Shown one piece after another: positions 1-9,934 of a DNA stretch of 26,593 bases. The stretch is from positions 1-26,593 of IMG/VR virus record IMGVR_UViG_3300030095_004779; one strand, 5' to 3'. The notes under the pieces are model-generated. The model worked only from the letters and a program-made list of their open reading frames with translations, was not told the origin of the DNA and searched no databases. Position 1 is the stretch's first letter. The number at the start of each line of letters is the position of its first letter. This stretch comes from a virus (Duplodnaviria; Caudoviricetes). A program made the position numbers and the translations under genes.

Positions 1-501
1 AATTTTATTTGCCACAGTAGTTGCTATCCCTACTATCGCAACTGTAGTAATAGCAGCTCCTACAGAAACAGTGTCTCCAACTGCTACTCCACCAAGTTTA
101 TTAATTGTAAACTCAGTAGTACCAATACCAGCCGTAGCACCCACAGCAATTGAAGTATCTAAAATTGTTTCTGTTGCTAAAGATGGAGTTAATAATACAT
201 TATATTCATATCTTCCAGCAGCAAGATTTCTTGTTTGTGTTGATCCTAATGAAATATAAAATTGACCATCATAAGCACTACTAAATCCTACTGTAAATGT
301 GGCAGCAGGAATATCCGTAGCACCTATACCAGCACTTTTTTGCATCTGTGCGGAACCACTCCAACCAGTTAAATCATAATTTTCATTTGAAGTGTTATCT
401 ACATTAAAAGTATTTTTAAAGTTAGCACCACCATAAATCACCAAATCGGCAGCATTTGGTACTCCTGATTCGGGATCGAATGTAAAATTCTTAGTGGACA
501 T
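1..501 (-). CDS. Putative virion structural protein with an N-terminal BppU/LtfC-like Ig-type domain (3'-partial, runs off the left edge; not in the ORF track)
   Basis: Hand translation from ATG at 501-499 gives 167 codons with no stop to position 1: MSTKNFTFDPESGVPNAADLVIYGGANFKNTFNVDNTSNENYDLTGWSGSAQMQKSAGIGATD...GQFYISLGSTQTRNLAAGRYEYNVLL...GATAGIGTTEFTINK... The YDLTG..AQ..K / ISL..TQT..L..GRY.Y.V pattern resembles small phage structural Ig-like domains. An AAGGAG SD lies upstream. Confidence 0.78.
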   Translation of the reverse strand, partial: MSTKNFTFDPESGVPNAADLVIYGGANFKNTFNVDNTSNENYDLTGWSGSAQMQKSAGIGATDIPAATFTVGFSSAYDGQFYISLGSTQTRNLAAGRYEYNVLLTPSLATETILDTSIAVGATAGIGTTEFTINKLGGVAVGDTVSVGAAITTVAIVGIATTVANKI

Positions 502-718
502 TGGAAACTAACTCCTTAAGTAAAGATTTGATTTCATTCATTTCACTTTTTAAATTAGCAAGATCTTCTTCAATATTATCAGTTTTGACATTCTGCTGTT
601 TTTTAGCATTACGTCTAGCAATATATTTTTCATACTCTAATACGTCCACATTGACTATTGCTTGACTATCCGAATCTCTTAATAAATCCGAACGTCCTGT
701 TACTCCATGATACTCCAT
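491..718 (-). CDS. Small hypothetical phage protein with a C-terminal coiled coil
   Basis: 75-aa ORF starting 1 nt after the DUF4815 gene stop. It has an N-terminal G.S.LLRD..S.AIVN.D motif and a heptad-like C-terminus (IEEDLANLKSEMNEIKSLLKELV). I recall similar genes after VrlC-like genes in marine T4-like phages. Confidence 0.8.
   Translation of the reverse strand: MEYHGVTGRSDLLRDSDSQAIVNVDVLEYEKYIARRNAKKQQNVKTDNIEEDLANLKSEMNEIKSLLKELVSNVH
512..517 (-). promoter_or_regulatory. Shine-Dalgarno site for the CDS starting at 501
   Basis: The minus strand reads AAGGAG-TTAGTTTCCA-ATG, a 10-nt spacer. Confidence 0.7.
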
Positions 719-719
719 A

Positions 720-3700
720 CTATGCTAATGCCATTACTCTTAATTGTCTCACTCTAGGAACATAAACTTGACTGGTCGAAGTCAAGACCAACTTGATCCT
801 ATAAGTTTTGAAAGAAGGTAATTGATCCACACTAAAGGTATAGTCTTTAAATTCTAATTGAGAACCATTAAATCCAGATGAATTAGATTTAGTAACCAAC
901 TTATCAGAACGTCCATCATTATCTTGAGGAGCAATAATTTCTCCTTTATAATTCAAATTATTATAACCAGGGAAAGGAGTAAAGATTGGATCCTGTCCTT
1001 CCTTACTATTAAGAGCATAGAATGCTCGTATATCAGCATCAACAGGAATATGAGCTCCTAAGAGAACCTTTAATGATGTTGCTGAATTTTCTAAGATCAT
1101 TTCCTTAGAAATATACTGACAAGCACTAGGATCAGTACTTACACTATTAACTCTACTATCTGTAGCATAATTTGAAATAGCATTATTAATCCTATTGGAT
1201 GTTAAAATAATACTCTTTCGTTGTCCATCAATTACAGGACTTACCATTGTATTAGTAGTATTAAGATATACTGTCATATTTAATGATCTACTACCTTCAA
1301 TATTTGTTAAGAAAGTATCTTCATTAATTTTAGAAGCAATCAAACTAGGAGTATCCAAATAATTATCAGTATTAAGAGTAACCTCTTGAACATCAGACTG
1401 AATATATGGTATTTCATTACCATCAATACTCTTAGAACTTACAGTAGTTACATCAGCAGTTAAAGTAGTAGTAGGAATAGTTACATTCTGAATCATAGGA
1501 CTAATCACTTCAAATGGCATATTCTGTGTTGCTCTAGCTTGAATTCCTCCAGTAGATTTGGTAGAATTTAAATATAGAGCAGGATTTCCTACATCAGTGC
1601 TTCTAGTAGTACCATTTTTAGACATATCTAATTTTATATTATAAGAATCAAAAGTGATAGATTCAGATACATCTAAACTGGTTGCATTAGGATATGCAGA
1701 AGTAGAAGTAGATAATCCATGAGTTGTATTAATTCTCATTAGATTAACTCCACCCATTTCATATTTGTAAACAGGAGTTCCTACAGCATAATTTTTAGTT
1801 AATTTAGTAGTATCATTAATTCCTCTACTGCTTATTCCAATTAAATTACCAGTTACAGAAGTATATGAAATAATTTCATCCCCAATCTTAAGATAACCAT
1901 AATTTGTTGTCCCTACTCCTACATTCTCAAATGTAGAAAAATCATTAGAACTTTGAACAGAAATTGATCCTGTTTCACCAGTATTATATGCTACCGTTAA
2001 TTTTGTAGGGGTAATATCAGATTGAACATTGGAAATTTTTACATTATTTTTAGTAAAATACATTCCATGATTCTTATGATTTACTTTAATATGTAAACCA
2101 TCATTAATAACATTAAGAGATCCAACTTGAACATCTCCACCAACACTAGAATTCAATTCCGAAGAAATACCAGAACTCTTATAATAGAATAATGTATTTG
2201 CAGCTCCTACTACGAAGTTACCTTGAACATTTTCCAAAATTAGTTCAGTAGTTTGTCCAATAGATACCACCGAGAATCGAGCATTTCTTCCTACAGAAGC
2301 AAGACCGATTGTGGTTATACCTAAAACATCACCCACCTGATAACCAGTTCCTACTCCACTGATAGTTGCTGCTACAGCAACTCCATTAGCAACTGATATG
2401 TTAGCAGTTGCTCCTCGACCATTTCCAGTAATAGTATCTAACGTTACACCACTAAAGGTATATCCAGAAGTAAGAGGAGTATATCCAATACCAGCATTAA
2501 TTATATTTAAATCACCAGTTGCAGTTCCTGCGACTCCCGCTAAAGTTCCTGTAGCATTAGTTCCTTGTTGATAAAATTCGTTACCAATCACATATCCCGC
2601 ATCACTTAATGTTGTTCCTAATCCAACTCTTAAACCTCTAGATGTTATGGATAAAGGATTGGTTTGTAGTAAAGGAATTTGATTATTAGTCTTTGTCAAC
2701 TCTGGACTAAAGAGATTTAGTGAACCAGATTCAACAAAATCTGCTCTATAAAGAGTATACTTAAGATCTTCCCATTGACTTGGTTCCCAAGTAGAAGCAT
2801 TTTGAGATTTGAATAAACTACCTAATGTTGGTTGATTAGCAATATAAGTATTATCTATTAAATCATTTTCACCAATTCTTGAAATATAAACACTATATTT
2901 TGCCGAATTAGAAAGAAGTACCAACGCATATTCAGTCGATCCTTCCAAATATACAGGAGCTTTAAATTCAAAAGTAGTAGCAATAGAACCATCCGCAGAT
3001 ATGTTTACTTCCGCAGGATCTAATACAACTTCACTCAAAGGAACAACTTTTTCAGTAGGAACTCCATTAACAACTGATCGGATACTTAATATAACAGGAA
3101 GAGGAGTATCTGAGTCATCTTTAGTCGCAAAGAAAACATCCAATTTAGTTACAAAAACACCCTGATCTTCTTCAACCTCAAAAGTTTGTGCAAGAGGATC
3201 TCCTCTAAATCTCCATCTCCATCTAGCAGTCGTAACCGTATCTCCCTGAGTCCACTCTGTATTAGATACTCTAGATTGAGTTCTATTCTCATTTAAATTA
3301 TTAGTAATTATTCTAGCATTTCTTACTGAAACAATAGTTTCTTGAATAGTATTAAGTATTCCAGAAGATGTAAAATTATCAATGGAAGTAGAAGATGCTT
3401 GAATATCGGTACTATTGTCAGTATCACTAGTTAATTTAAATTGCTTAGTACCTGTAGTAAAACGAGGGAAGTTTGCATCATTAGGATTAGGAATAAAGAA
3501 TGATCCACCAAAGAAACCCGTTAAATCACTTATAAGTCTTACATTAGTAATAGTGGCTTGAGCACCGCTTGATTCTCCTATCAAAGTCATATCAGGTTCA
3601 ACCCAACCACCATATCCTCTACTATCAGATATATCTGCCAATGAAGTAGTATCAATATTTAATGTAGTGGATGTGGAGGAATATGTAATTGGAACAGAAT

Positions 3701-6700
3701 TGCCCCTTAAATATGGATTCCCACCATAAGTTTTAGTTGGAGCATTATATGGTCCTTCCTTATGATTAGATTGTGCTACTCTAAACTCAATATTTGGAGT
3801 AGTGGATTCTCCTAAATTTCTATTTTGAGTTCCTGCATCTGTTACAGTTCCTCTTACTTTTTCTCCAACTTGGAAAGTGCCAGATACCATAGATATCTCA
3901 AGCAATTTAGGAACACAATATGGAGTTACATCTACTCCATCAAAAAATCCATATAAACGAGTATTTGGTTTATTCTGTTTTGATACAATTTTAATATTAC
4001 GAGATCTCATAAAGGGGATGGCTTCCCTACTTATAGTTCTCTCACCTTCAGAAAATGTATCACTCAAATCTTCAATAATTTGATTTTGTGTACCTGTTCT
4101 ATTTTGATTGTTTGTTTGTATAGTTTCCCAAAGTTCTTGTGTGGTTCTTCTATTTTCCCTAAAATCACCTCTAGTTATTGTACGTTCTTGTACATTTTCT
4201 CTTCTGAATCGTCTTCTACTTCCCGTCCAGAAAGTATTCCATGACCCCCATATTTGCGGTCCTAAACCTGTTTGAGGATCAAATCCTCCAGCAGCTTCCA
4301 TTTGTGCAAAAGCTTGTGAAAAATTACCTTCCCTAGTAACTTGACGTGCCTGTAACCTTACGGTATCTACCCAAGTATCTGATTCTGGAGTTAAATCTAA
4401 TACCCCATTCCAATAAGCAACAATAAATGGTGTAACTGATTCAGTTCTAGATCCAAAAGGTTGTTTTTGATACTCTTGTTGAGAATAATCAAGAGTAATA
4501 AGACCATCATTTCTTCTAATATTAATACCAGTAATAGTATTAAAATCTAAATCTGCAGTAGAATCAGTGTTAACAACAGGACCAAACTGCAAATCAACAG
4601 CATTGGTATAATGGCTTGGTCTTAATTCTTTATTTTTAGTATCAATACTATTACTAACTGTGAGATTTGTATCTTGAGCACTGAAAGTTTCAAAATTATC
4701 TACAAAGAAACCTGATTTGAATCTATTCAATCCATCAGAATCAGGAACAAAGAAATTAGAGGTATTTGTTTCTAATAAAGAAAGACTGGTATAAAACTCT
4801 AAATTTCTAATTCTTGTTTCTAGATTATTAATATCTGTCATTCTAAATCTCTTATAATCTAAGAAATTGATAGAAGCATCAGAAACATTATACAAATATG
4901 GAGGAAGAGATATCTGAGCAATTTCAATTGCATCATCTATTATACCTGGTAATTCAGGATTCTCTGAAGGAGTTCCAAAAAGAGCCTGGAACTTACCATC
5001 TTTTGTTAAGAAAACCCTATCAATCCTTCCCAAATAATAAGAAAAATCTATAACAATAGACTCATCAGAAGCGAGCATATTTGTTGCAGTTTGACCTGCT
5101 TGATTAAAAGTTCTACCAGCAAAAGTTAGTGGAGAATTACCCCCTTCACTAACAGTATAATCAGATACTCTAGGTCTAATATCAATTATATCAGAATTAG
5201 AAACCCCATCAACAGTTTGAATTTCTGTTGAATAATTAAAATTCTTATAAGAATCTACAGTAGTCAAATCTCCATCATCATTAGAATCGTAATAAGCATT
5301 TTCAAAATATACTTTTATTGCTTTAGAAGGAGCATCAATATTAGATTTTCTGATTATTCTTCCATAATTATAGAAGGTATCTTTTTGTCCATTATTAAAA
5401 CTATAATTTGAAGAAATATCAAATCCAGAATCGGATAACACACTAACAGTTCCTTGTACATTAGATTCTTGGAATTCTATTGCTTCTCCTTCTTTAAAGG
5501 ACTTATCATTCTGATATATAAACTCAATTGTATCAGCATCTGTTATAGCAGAAACTATGGCAATAGAATTACTGTTTTGTCCTATTATCTGTTCCCCTAT
5601 AATTAATTCTGTTGTTGTAGTGGAAGCACTATTCAGATTAATCAAATCCATCGAAGGTGAAGATGGAGTTCCTGAAACAGTAGAAGATTCATAAATTCCA
5701 TGTATCTTAATAATATCAGGCACATTTAAGGAAATAAGTTTATCTTCTACTCTAGTTCCATATGGATAATTACCATATGTCAATCCATTATTAAGAGTAG
5801 TGGTTCCAATACCAGAACCTTCTAATTTAGATTTATCAACAATAATAGAATTAACTCTGTTTTTAATTTTAATTTTTGCTGTTGGTTTTAGTTTCTTTAA
5901 GGTAGTAACAACAGTAACATCTCCACTATCAGTAGCAGTGCTTAAATTAAGAATAGTAAGAGATGCCATCCCATCACTAAAAACTAATCTATCAGAGGTC
6001 AACTCCTCAGTAGTTCCATCAGATCTAAAAATTGCATATCTTTCAGCATCAAAAGGAAGGAATGTTTCGTTAGTTCCTGCACTTAATGTATTTGCTATTT
6101 GATTATTGGATATTGTTTGTCCACTATAAACTTTTCTTATAGAAATAGAAGCGTCTGTAAGATCTACATTAGAAATATGCTCTTTAGGTAGTTTAGTATA
6201 AAGACTTATATCATCAGTAGATTCAAAATCAGTAGTTAAAATTTTAAAGTCAGAAACTTCAAGAGCACTTGATGGTAAACTTCCATTAACTACACCTGTT
6301 ACACTAGCAACTGCATCAACAGTAATAGTTGTTTGTCCAACTCCTGTAACTCGTGCCATGATAGGATCTCTATCAGCAGAAGTTATATCACTGTATTGAA
6401 CTAAATCATTAATTTTAACTAAGTCTCCTGTTCCTGGAAATAATGGATTAGTGCTTCTAATTGTACTAATACTACCTGCTCCCGAAGCAGGAGAAATAGT
6501 GGCAACACCTACATTGAATTTAGTGTTTTGAATTACATCAGCACAAAAAGTACTAATACCAATAACTCCGTTATTAGTACCCCACAAAGACTTTACATTT
6601 GATATACCATATTCAGTAATTGCTACAGCAACTCTTCCATTAGGAATCCCATTAAAAGTAAGTGCTTCATTTTTAATAAAATTACCAGAAGTTTCAGTAA

Positions 6701-8345
6701 CTGTTAAAGCTAGACCTGCTGATACTGTATATCTTAAAAATCCAGTTGCTCCACTATTATTTCCTTGAATATAAGTTCCTGCACTCCAAGTATCTGTAGA
6801 TGCTGGAGATTCATTAATAGAAATTTCTGTAATAGTTTGAATATCATAAAGAGATATATCCCACTCATTCAAATTATTATTACTTGTATCATAACTTCCA
6901 CTTTCTAATGAAGTATCATATATTCTTGCCTGACCAACTTCTTTACCAGGTAAATTAGCATTTCCAGGTTGTGTCGCCTTAGTTCTTTGGTCTCTTAAAC
7001 TTACCACATAAGTATTACCAATACCAATAGTTGGTGCACCATAAACCCTATTTAATTTTAATGTAGGTCCAGTATTATATTGTATGGCTTGATCCTTTAA
7101 AGACCCAGTAGTTCTGGTTTTAGAAGAATCCAAATATGTAGGAGAAATAGTTTCAATTTCATATCCCCGTACATATGCTTTTCCTCTAGAAAAACGATAT
7201 AATGCTAAATTATCTGAAGGAGTTCCTCCAGAATAAGTAAATTGTCCTGGTTGAAATATTCCATGATTTCCAACATTATTATTCAGAGAATTTACAACAT
7301 CTACGTCAAAAGGAACTACATAATAATTTCCTGATTGATCAAAAGTTCTACGAGCTAATTCATCAGTAAATGTTTGATAATTTGTTCTAGACTTATTAGA
7401 TCTTAAAGTTCCTCCTTCAATTTCTGCTAGTTCTATAAAAGAATCATCACTTGTAGTAACACCCGCAGCACTAACTAAAGTATCTGTACCAGTAGCACCC
7501 CCACTAACGGATCCAGTAGCAAGAGTAATTCCTCCCGTATTAAATAAAGATTTTTTAACTAACTGAAGAGTAATTTTTAATCTATCAGCACCAGGAGCTG
7601 AATAATTATTAAATCCTTGAGAATTATCATTTAAAGTCTCATCAAGATCAGCATTAACTATCTCTTCTAAAACATTAAATCCAACTCTATGATTAGGTTC
7701 TGAACTATATTGCGATAAAATAAGTGTTTCACTATTACACGCAACAAATTGCCCACGAACAAAAAATACACCTGCTTCAACATGAAAAGCAGATCCTGTT
7801 TGAGCAGCATCATTTGATATAGTAGATGCAAAAGGACTTCCTATAGAGATAGAAGAATTTCCCAAAAGTCCTGAACTAATTGTAATATTAGATGTTAATT
7901 CTTCAGAATCTGAGAATGTTTCAGTGGAATTATTTGATGTATTAGAACCCAAATAATTTACATATAAAGTAAGATTTCCATTTTCAGAATCTGCTGATGA
8001 TAATACTTTATCTACAGTAGCAGTTACACCTGAGGTTTGTCCTGTAATGGTAGATCCAACTAACTGATCAGCATATGCAGCAACAGGTACTCCCTGAAAT
8101 TCATTATTTAATTGAATACATTTATATTGAGAATTATAACTTGTATTTCCAGGTATTACTTTACTTCCTTCTTTAAAAAAATGCTGACCAAATTTTTCAA
8201 TTTGGTTCTGTAGCATAGATTGCAGTCCAGTTAATTCTCTTGCCTGTACTGGAAAACCAGGTTTAAATAATACCCGATAATAATCATTAGCAGGATCATA
8301 ATCATCAAAATAAGGTGATACGTTTAAATTTGTTTGCTGCGACAT
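720..8345 (-). CDS. DUF4815 / VrlC-like large virion structural protein
   Basis: 2541-aa ORF with family motifs PYFDDY...YRVLFKPGFPVQARELTGLQSMLQNQ, APGADRLKI, LARRT.D.SG.Y, GKAYVRGYE, RFKSGFFVDNF, PFMRSR, DPLAQTF and a C-terminal PRVRQLRVMALA. It lies directly downstream of gp8. Confidence 0.85.
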   Translation of the reverse strand: MSQQTNLNVSPYFDDYDPANDYYRVLFKPGFPVQARELTGLQSMLQNQIEKFGQHFFKEGSKVIPGNTSYNSQYKCIQLNNEFQGVPVAAYADQLVGSTITGQTSGVTATVDKVLSSADSENGNLTLYVNYLGSNTSNNSTETFSDSEELTSNITISSGLLGNSSISIGSPFASTISNDAAQTGSAFHVEAGVFFVRGQFVACNSETLILSQYSSEPNHRVGFNVLEEIVNADLDETLNDNSQGFNNYSAPGADRLKITLQLVKKSLFNTGGITLATGSVSGGATGTDTLVSAAGVTTSDDSFIELAEIEGGTLRSNKSRTNYQTFTDELARRTFDQSGNYYVVPFDVDVVNSLNNNVGNHGIFQPGQFTYSGGTPSDNLALYRFSRGKAYVRGYEIETISPTYLDSSKTRTTGSLKDQAIQYNTGPTLKLNRVYGAPTIGIGNTYVVSLRDQRTKATQPGNANLPGKEVGQARIYDTSLESGSYDTSNNNLNEWDISLYDIQTITEISINESPASTDTWSAGTYIQGNNSGATGFLRYTVSAGLALTVTETSGNFIKNEALTFNGIPNGRVAVAITEYGISNVKSLWGTNNGVIGISTFCADVIQNTKFNVGVATISPASGAGSISTIRSTNPLFPGTGDLVKINDLVQYSDITSADRDPIMARVTGVGQTTITVDAVASVTGVVNGSLPSSALEVSDFKILTTDFESTDDISLYTKLPKEHISNVDLTDASISIRKVYSGQTISNNQIANTLSAGTNETFLPFDAERYAIFRSDGTTEELTSDRLVFSDGMASLTILNLSTATDSGDVTVVTTLKKLKPTAKIKIKNRVNSIIVDKSKLEGSGIGTTTLNNGLTYGNYPYGTRVEDKLISLNVPDIIKIHGIYESSTVSGTPSSPSMDLINLNSASTTTTELIIGEQIIGQNSNSIAIVSAITDADTIEFIYQNDKSFKEGEAIEFQESNVQGTVSVLSDSGFDISSNYSFNNGQKDTFYNYGRIIRKSNIDAPSKAIKVYFENAYYDSNDDGDLTTVDSYKNFNYSTEIQTVDGVSNSDIIDIRPRVSDYTVSEGGNSPLTFAGRTFNQAGQTATNMLASDESIVIDFSYYLGRIDRVFLTKDGKFQALFGTPSENPELPGIIDDAIEIAQISLPPYLYNVSDASINFLDYKRFRMTDINNLETRIRNLEFYTSLSLLETNTSNFFVPDSDGLNRFKSGFFVDNFETFSAQDTNLTVSNSIDTKNKELRPSHYTNAVDLQFGPVVNTDSTADLDFNTITGINIRRNDGLITLDYSQQEYQKQPFGSRTESVTPFIVAYWNGVLDLTPESDTWVDTVRLQARQVTREGNFSQAFAQMEAAGGFDPQTGLGPQIWGSWNTFWTGSRRRFRRENVQERTITRGDFRENRRTTQELWETIQTNNQNRTGTQNQIIEDLSDTFSEGERTISREAIPFMRSRNIKIVSKQNKPNTRLYGFFDGVDVTPYCVPKLLEISMVSGTFQVGEKVRGTVTDAGTQNRNLGESTTPNIEFRVAQSNHKEGPYNAPTKTYGGNPYLRGNSVPITYSSTSTTLNIDTTSLADISDSRGYGGWVEPDMTLIGESSGAQATITNVRLISDLTGFFGGSFFIPNPNDANFPRFTTGTKQFKLTSDTDNSTDIQASSTSIDNFTSSGILNTIQETIVSVRNARIITNNLNENRTQSRVSNTEWTQGDTVTTARWRWRFRGDPLAQTFEVEEDQGVFVTKLDVFFATKDDSDTPLPVILSIRSVVNGVPTEKVVPLSEVVLDPAEVNISADGSIATTFEFKAPVYLEGSTEYALVLLSNSAKYSVYISRIGENDLIDNTYIANQPTLGSLFKSQNASTWEPSQWEDLKYTLYRADFVESGSLNLFSPELTKTNNQIPLLQTNPLSITSRGLRVGLGTTLSDAGYVIGNEFYQQGTNATGTLAGVAGTATGDLNIINAGIGYTPLTSGYTFSGVTLDTITGNGRGATANISVANGVAVAATISGVGTGYQVGDVLGITTIGLASVGRNARFSVVSIGQTTELILENVQGNFVVGAANTLFYYKSSGISSELNSSVGGDVQVGSLNVINDGLHIKVNHKNHGMYFTKNNVKISNVQSDITPTKLTVAYNTGETGSISVQSSNDFSTFENVGVGTTNYGYLKIGDEIISYTSVTGNLIGISSRGINDTTKLTKNYAVGTPVYKYEMGGVNLMRINTTHGLSTSTSAYPNATSLDVSESITFDSYNIKLDMSKNGTTRSTDVGNPALYLNSTKSTGGIQARATQNMPFEVISPMIQNVTIPTTTLTADVTTVSSKSIDGNEIPYIQSDVQEVTLNTDNYLDTPSLIASKINEDTFLTNIEGSRSLNMTVYLNTTNTMVSPVIDGQRKSIILTSNRINNAISNYATDSRVNSVSTDPSACQYISKEMILENSATSLKVLLGAHIPVDADIRAFYALNSKEGQDPIFTPFPGYNNLNYKGEIIAPQDNDGRSDKLVTKSNSSGFNGSQLEFKDYTFSVDQLPSFKTYRIKLVLTSTSQVYVPRVRQLRVMALA

Positions 8346-8352
8346 GATTTCT

Positions 8353-9906
8353 TTAGAACTGCAAGATTATTTTAATATCTTCCTTCTGAGTGGAGGATCT
8401 AGTAATAGATGGTCGGTTATCAACATAAAGTATATTTCCTGAATATTTTTTAGCTTCAGGATTACCAATTCCATTAGTAAACTCTTGACCTAAGTAATAG
8501 GTTCTATTATTTATTACAGTGGATACACCTGTAAAAGAAGTATCTATAGCTAAATTAGATCCTGAAGAAGGGGTGATAGTTAAAGAACCTCCAGTCTCAG
8601 GAGAAGAAGTAAATGCATTTAGTTTAAACCCATATGTAGGATTTGTAACAGCAGCTCCGACTGTATTAAATCCAGCAAGAGCACTATCTTGCCAATACTT
8701 TAAAACCCCAGTAGTCTGATCATAATTTACCACTCTTCCAGCAGCAGTTGATCCTGTTGCTATTGTTTGAGTAACATACGCATCAGCAGTAAAAGTAGCA
8801 CTACTATAACCAGCACCTGCCAGTCTTAATGCTCCAACTGCGGTAGCTTTATCAACTGCTAAAAGTGAAGTACTGTCAAATGCTTGCGGATTACATACCA
8901 AACCTACTCTAGCAATCTGATTTCCTGTTACAAAATCAGGATTTTCATTATCATTTTCAATTCTAGAATAAAGAAGAACATTGTAAGCACCAAGTTCTCT
9001 ATAGATATTGTTTCCATGACCTCCTGGAGGAGATATTACAACATCTAAAACAGGTCTAGTAGTACCAGTAGGTACACCACCAGCAACTAAATCTACACTA
9101 CCATAAGTATATCCCGATCCCTGAGTAGAAACAGTTACATCAGAAACTTGTGATGAAGAATTTACAGTTATTGTACATTCAGCACCAGTTCCATTTCCTT
9201 TAATTGGAACTTTAGTATAAACTGAATCAGCAGTCCCAATACCTACACCTGCATTACTAATAGTAACTATTTTAATAGAACCATCAACAGCATTATCTCT
9301 TACAGGAGCATTATCACTACTAGTCTCCCAATTAGCAGGAACGGGGATATAATCAGTAGATTCAAACTTTATAATATCACTGGGTTTAATAGTATAAAGA
9401 TATTTCCAAATATAACCATCTCCACTAGTTCCTGCACTACGGGGTTCTAAATCCGTAAAAGTTGGTTCATCTAAAGAAGGTTTTCCATTAGGATTATCAG
9501 GATCAGTTCCATTTTGTAGACATTCATATACTCTATAATCAGTATTTAATACAAAGTAGGTAGAAGCATATAAATTAGTAGCACCTGAAACTGGAGCAGT
9601 ATTAGTTCTACTATAATCATCACGATACATATCATATGTAGTTCCTGAAGACCATTTTCTACGAGGAACTACCTGTCTTACATCAGAAGAATTAATCTTC
9701 TTAAGTGCCACCATTGTATCCCAATAATCATATTCTTCTTCAAAATTATCTTTTGGGGAAGGAGGATCATTATCCCAATCAGATTGGACATCAGTAGGAT
9801 TAGGCAATCCAATAAAAGAATAATATGCATTAGCAGTAGAAGTTACTCCAGCAACAAAATTCTTCGCATTTAATATTCTAATCTGATCAGTTATAATAGC
9901 GGCCAT
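8353..9906 (-). CDS. gp8: Baseplate wedge subunit gp8 (T4-like)
   Basis: 517 aa with MAAIITDQIRILNAKNFV, VVPRRKWSSGTTYDMY, YRVYECLQNG, GDGYIWKYLYTI, PPGGHG...ELGA and a C-terminal YSGNILYVDNR...EDIKIILQF. It follows gp7. Confidence 0.9.
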   Translation of the reverse strand: MAAIITDQIRILNAKNFVAGVTSTANAYYSFIGLPNPTDVQSDWDNDPPSPKDNFEEEYDYWDTMVALKKINSSDVRQVVPRRKWSSGTTYDMYRDDYSRTNTAPVSGATNLYASTYFVLNTDYRVYECLQNGTDPDNPNGKPSLDEPTFTDLEPRSAGTSGDGYIWKYLYTIKPSDIIKFESTDYIPVPANWETSSDNAPVRDNAVDGSIKIVTISNAGVGIGTADSVYTKVPIKGNGTGAECTITVNSSSQVSDVTVSTQGSGYTYGSVDLVAGGVPTGTTRPVLDVVISPPGGHGNNIYRELGAYNVLLYSRIENDNENPDFVTGNQIARVGLVCNPQAFDSTSLLAVDKATAVGALRLAGAGYSSATFTADAYVTQTIATGSTAAGRVVNYDQTTGVLKYWQDSALAGFNTVGAAVTNPTYGFKLNAFTSSPETGGSLTITPSSGSNLAIDTSFTGVSTVINNRTYYLGQEFTNGIGNPEAKKYSGNILYVDNRPSITRSSTQKEDIKIILQF

Positions 9907-9926
9907 TTTGATAGAATTTTTTTAGT

Positions 9927-9934
9927 TATTTATT
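9927..9934 (-). promoter_or_regulatory. T4-type (gp55-dependent) late promoter, AATAAATA
   Basis: The only real intergenic gap (9907-9947) reads TAATAAATAACTAAAAAAATTCTATCAAAATG on the minus strand. This matches the T4 TATAAATA / cyanophage NATAAATA late consensus, 20 nt upstream of the gp8 ATG. Confidence 0.75.
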
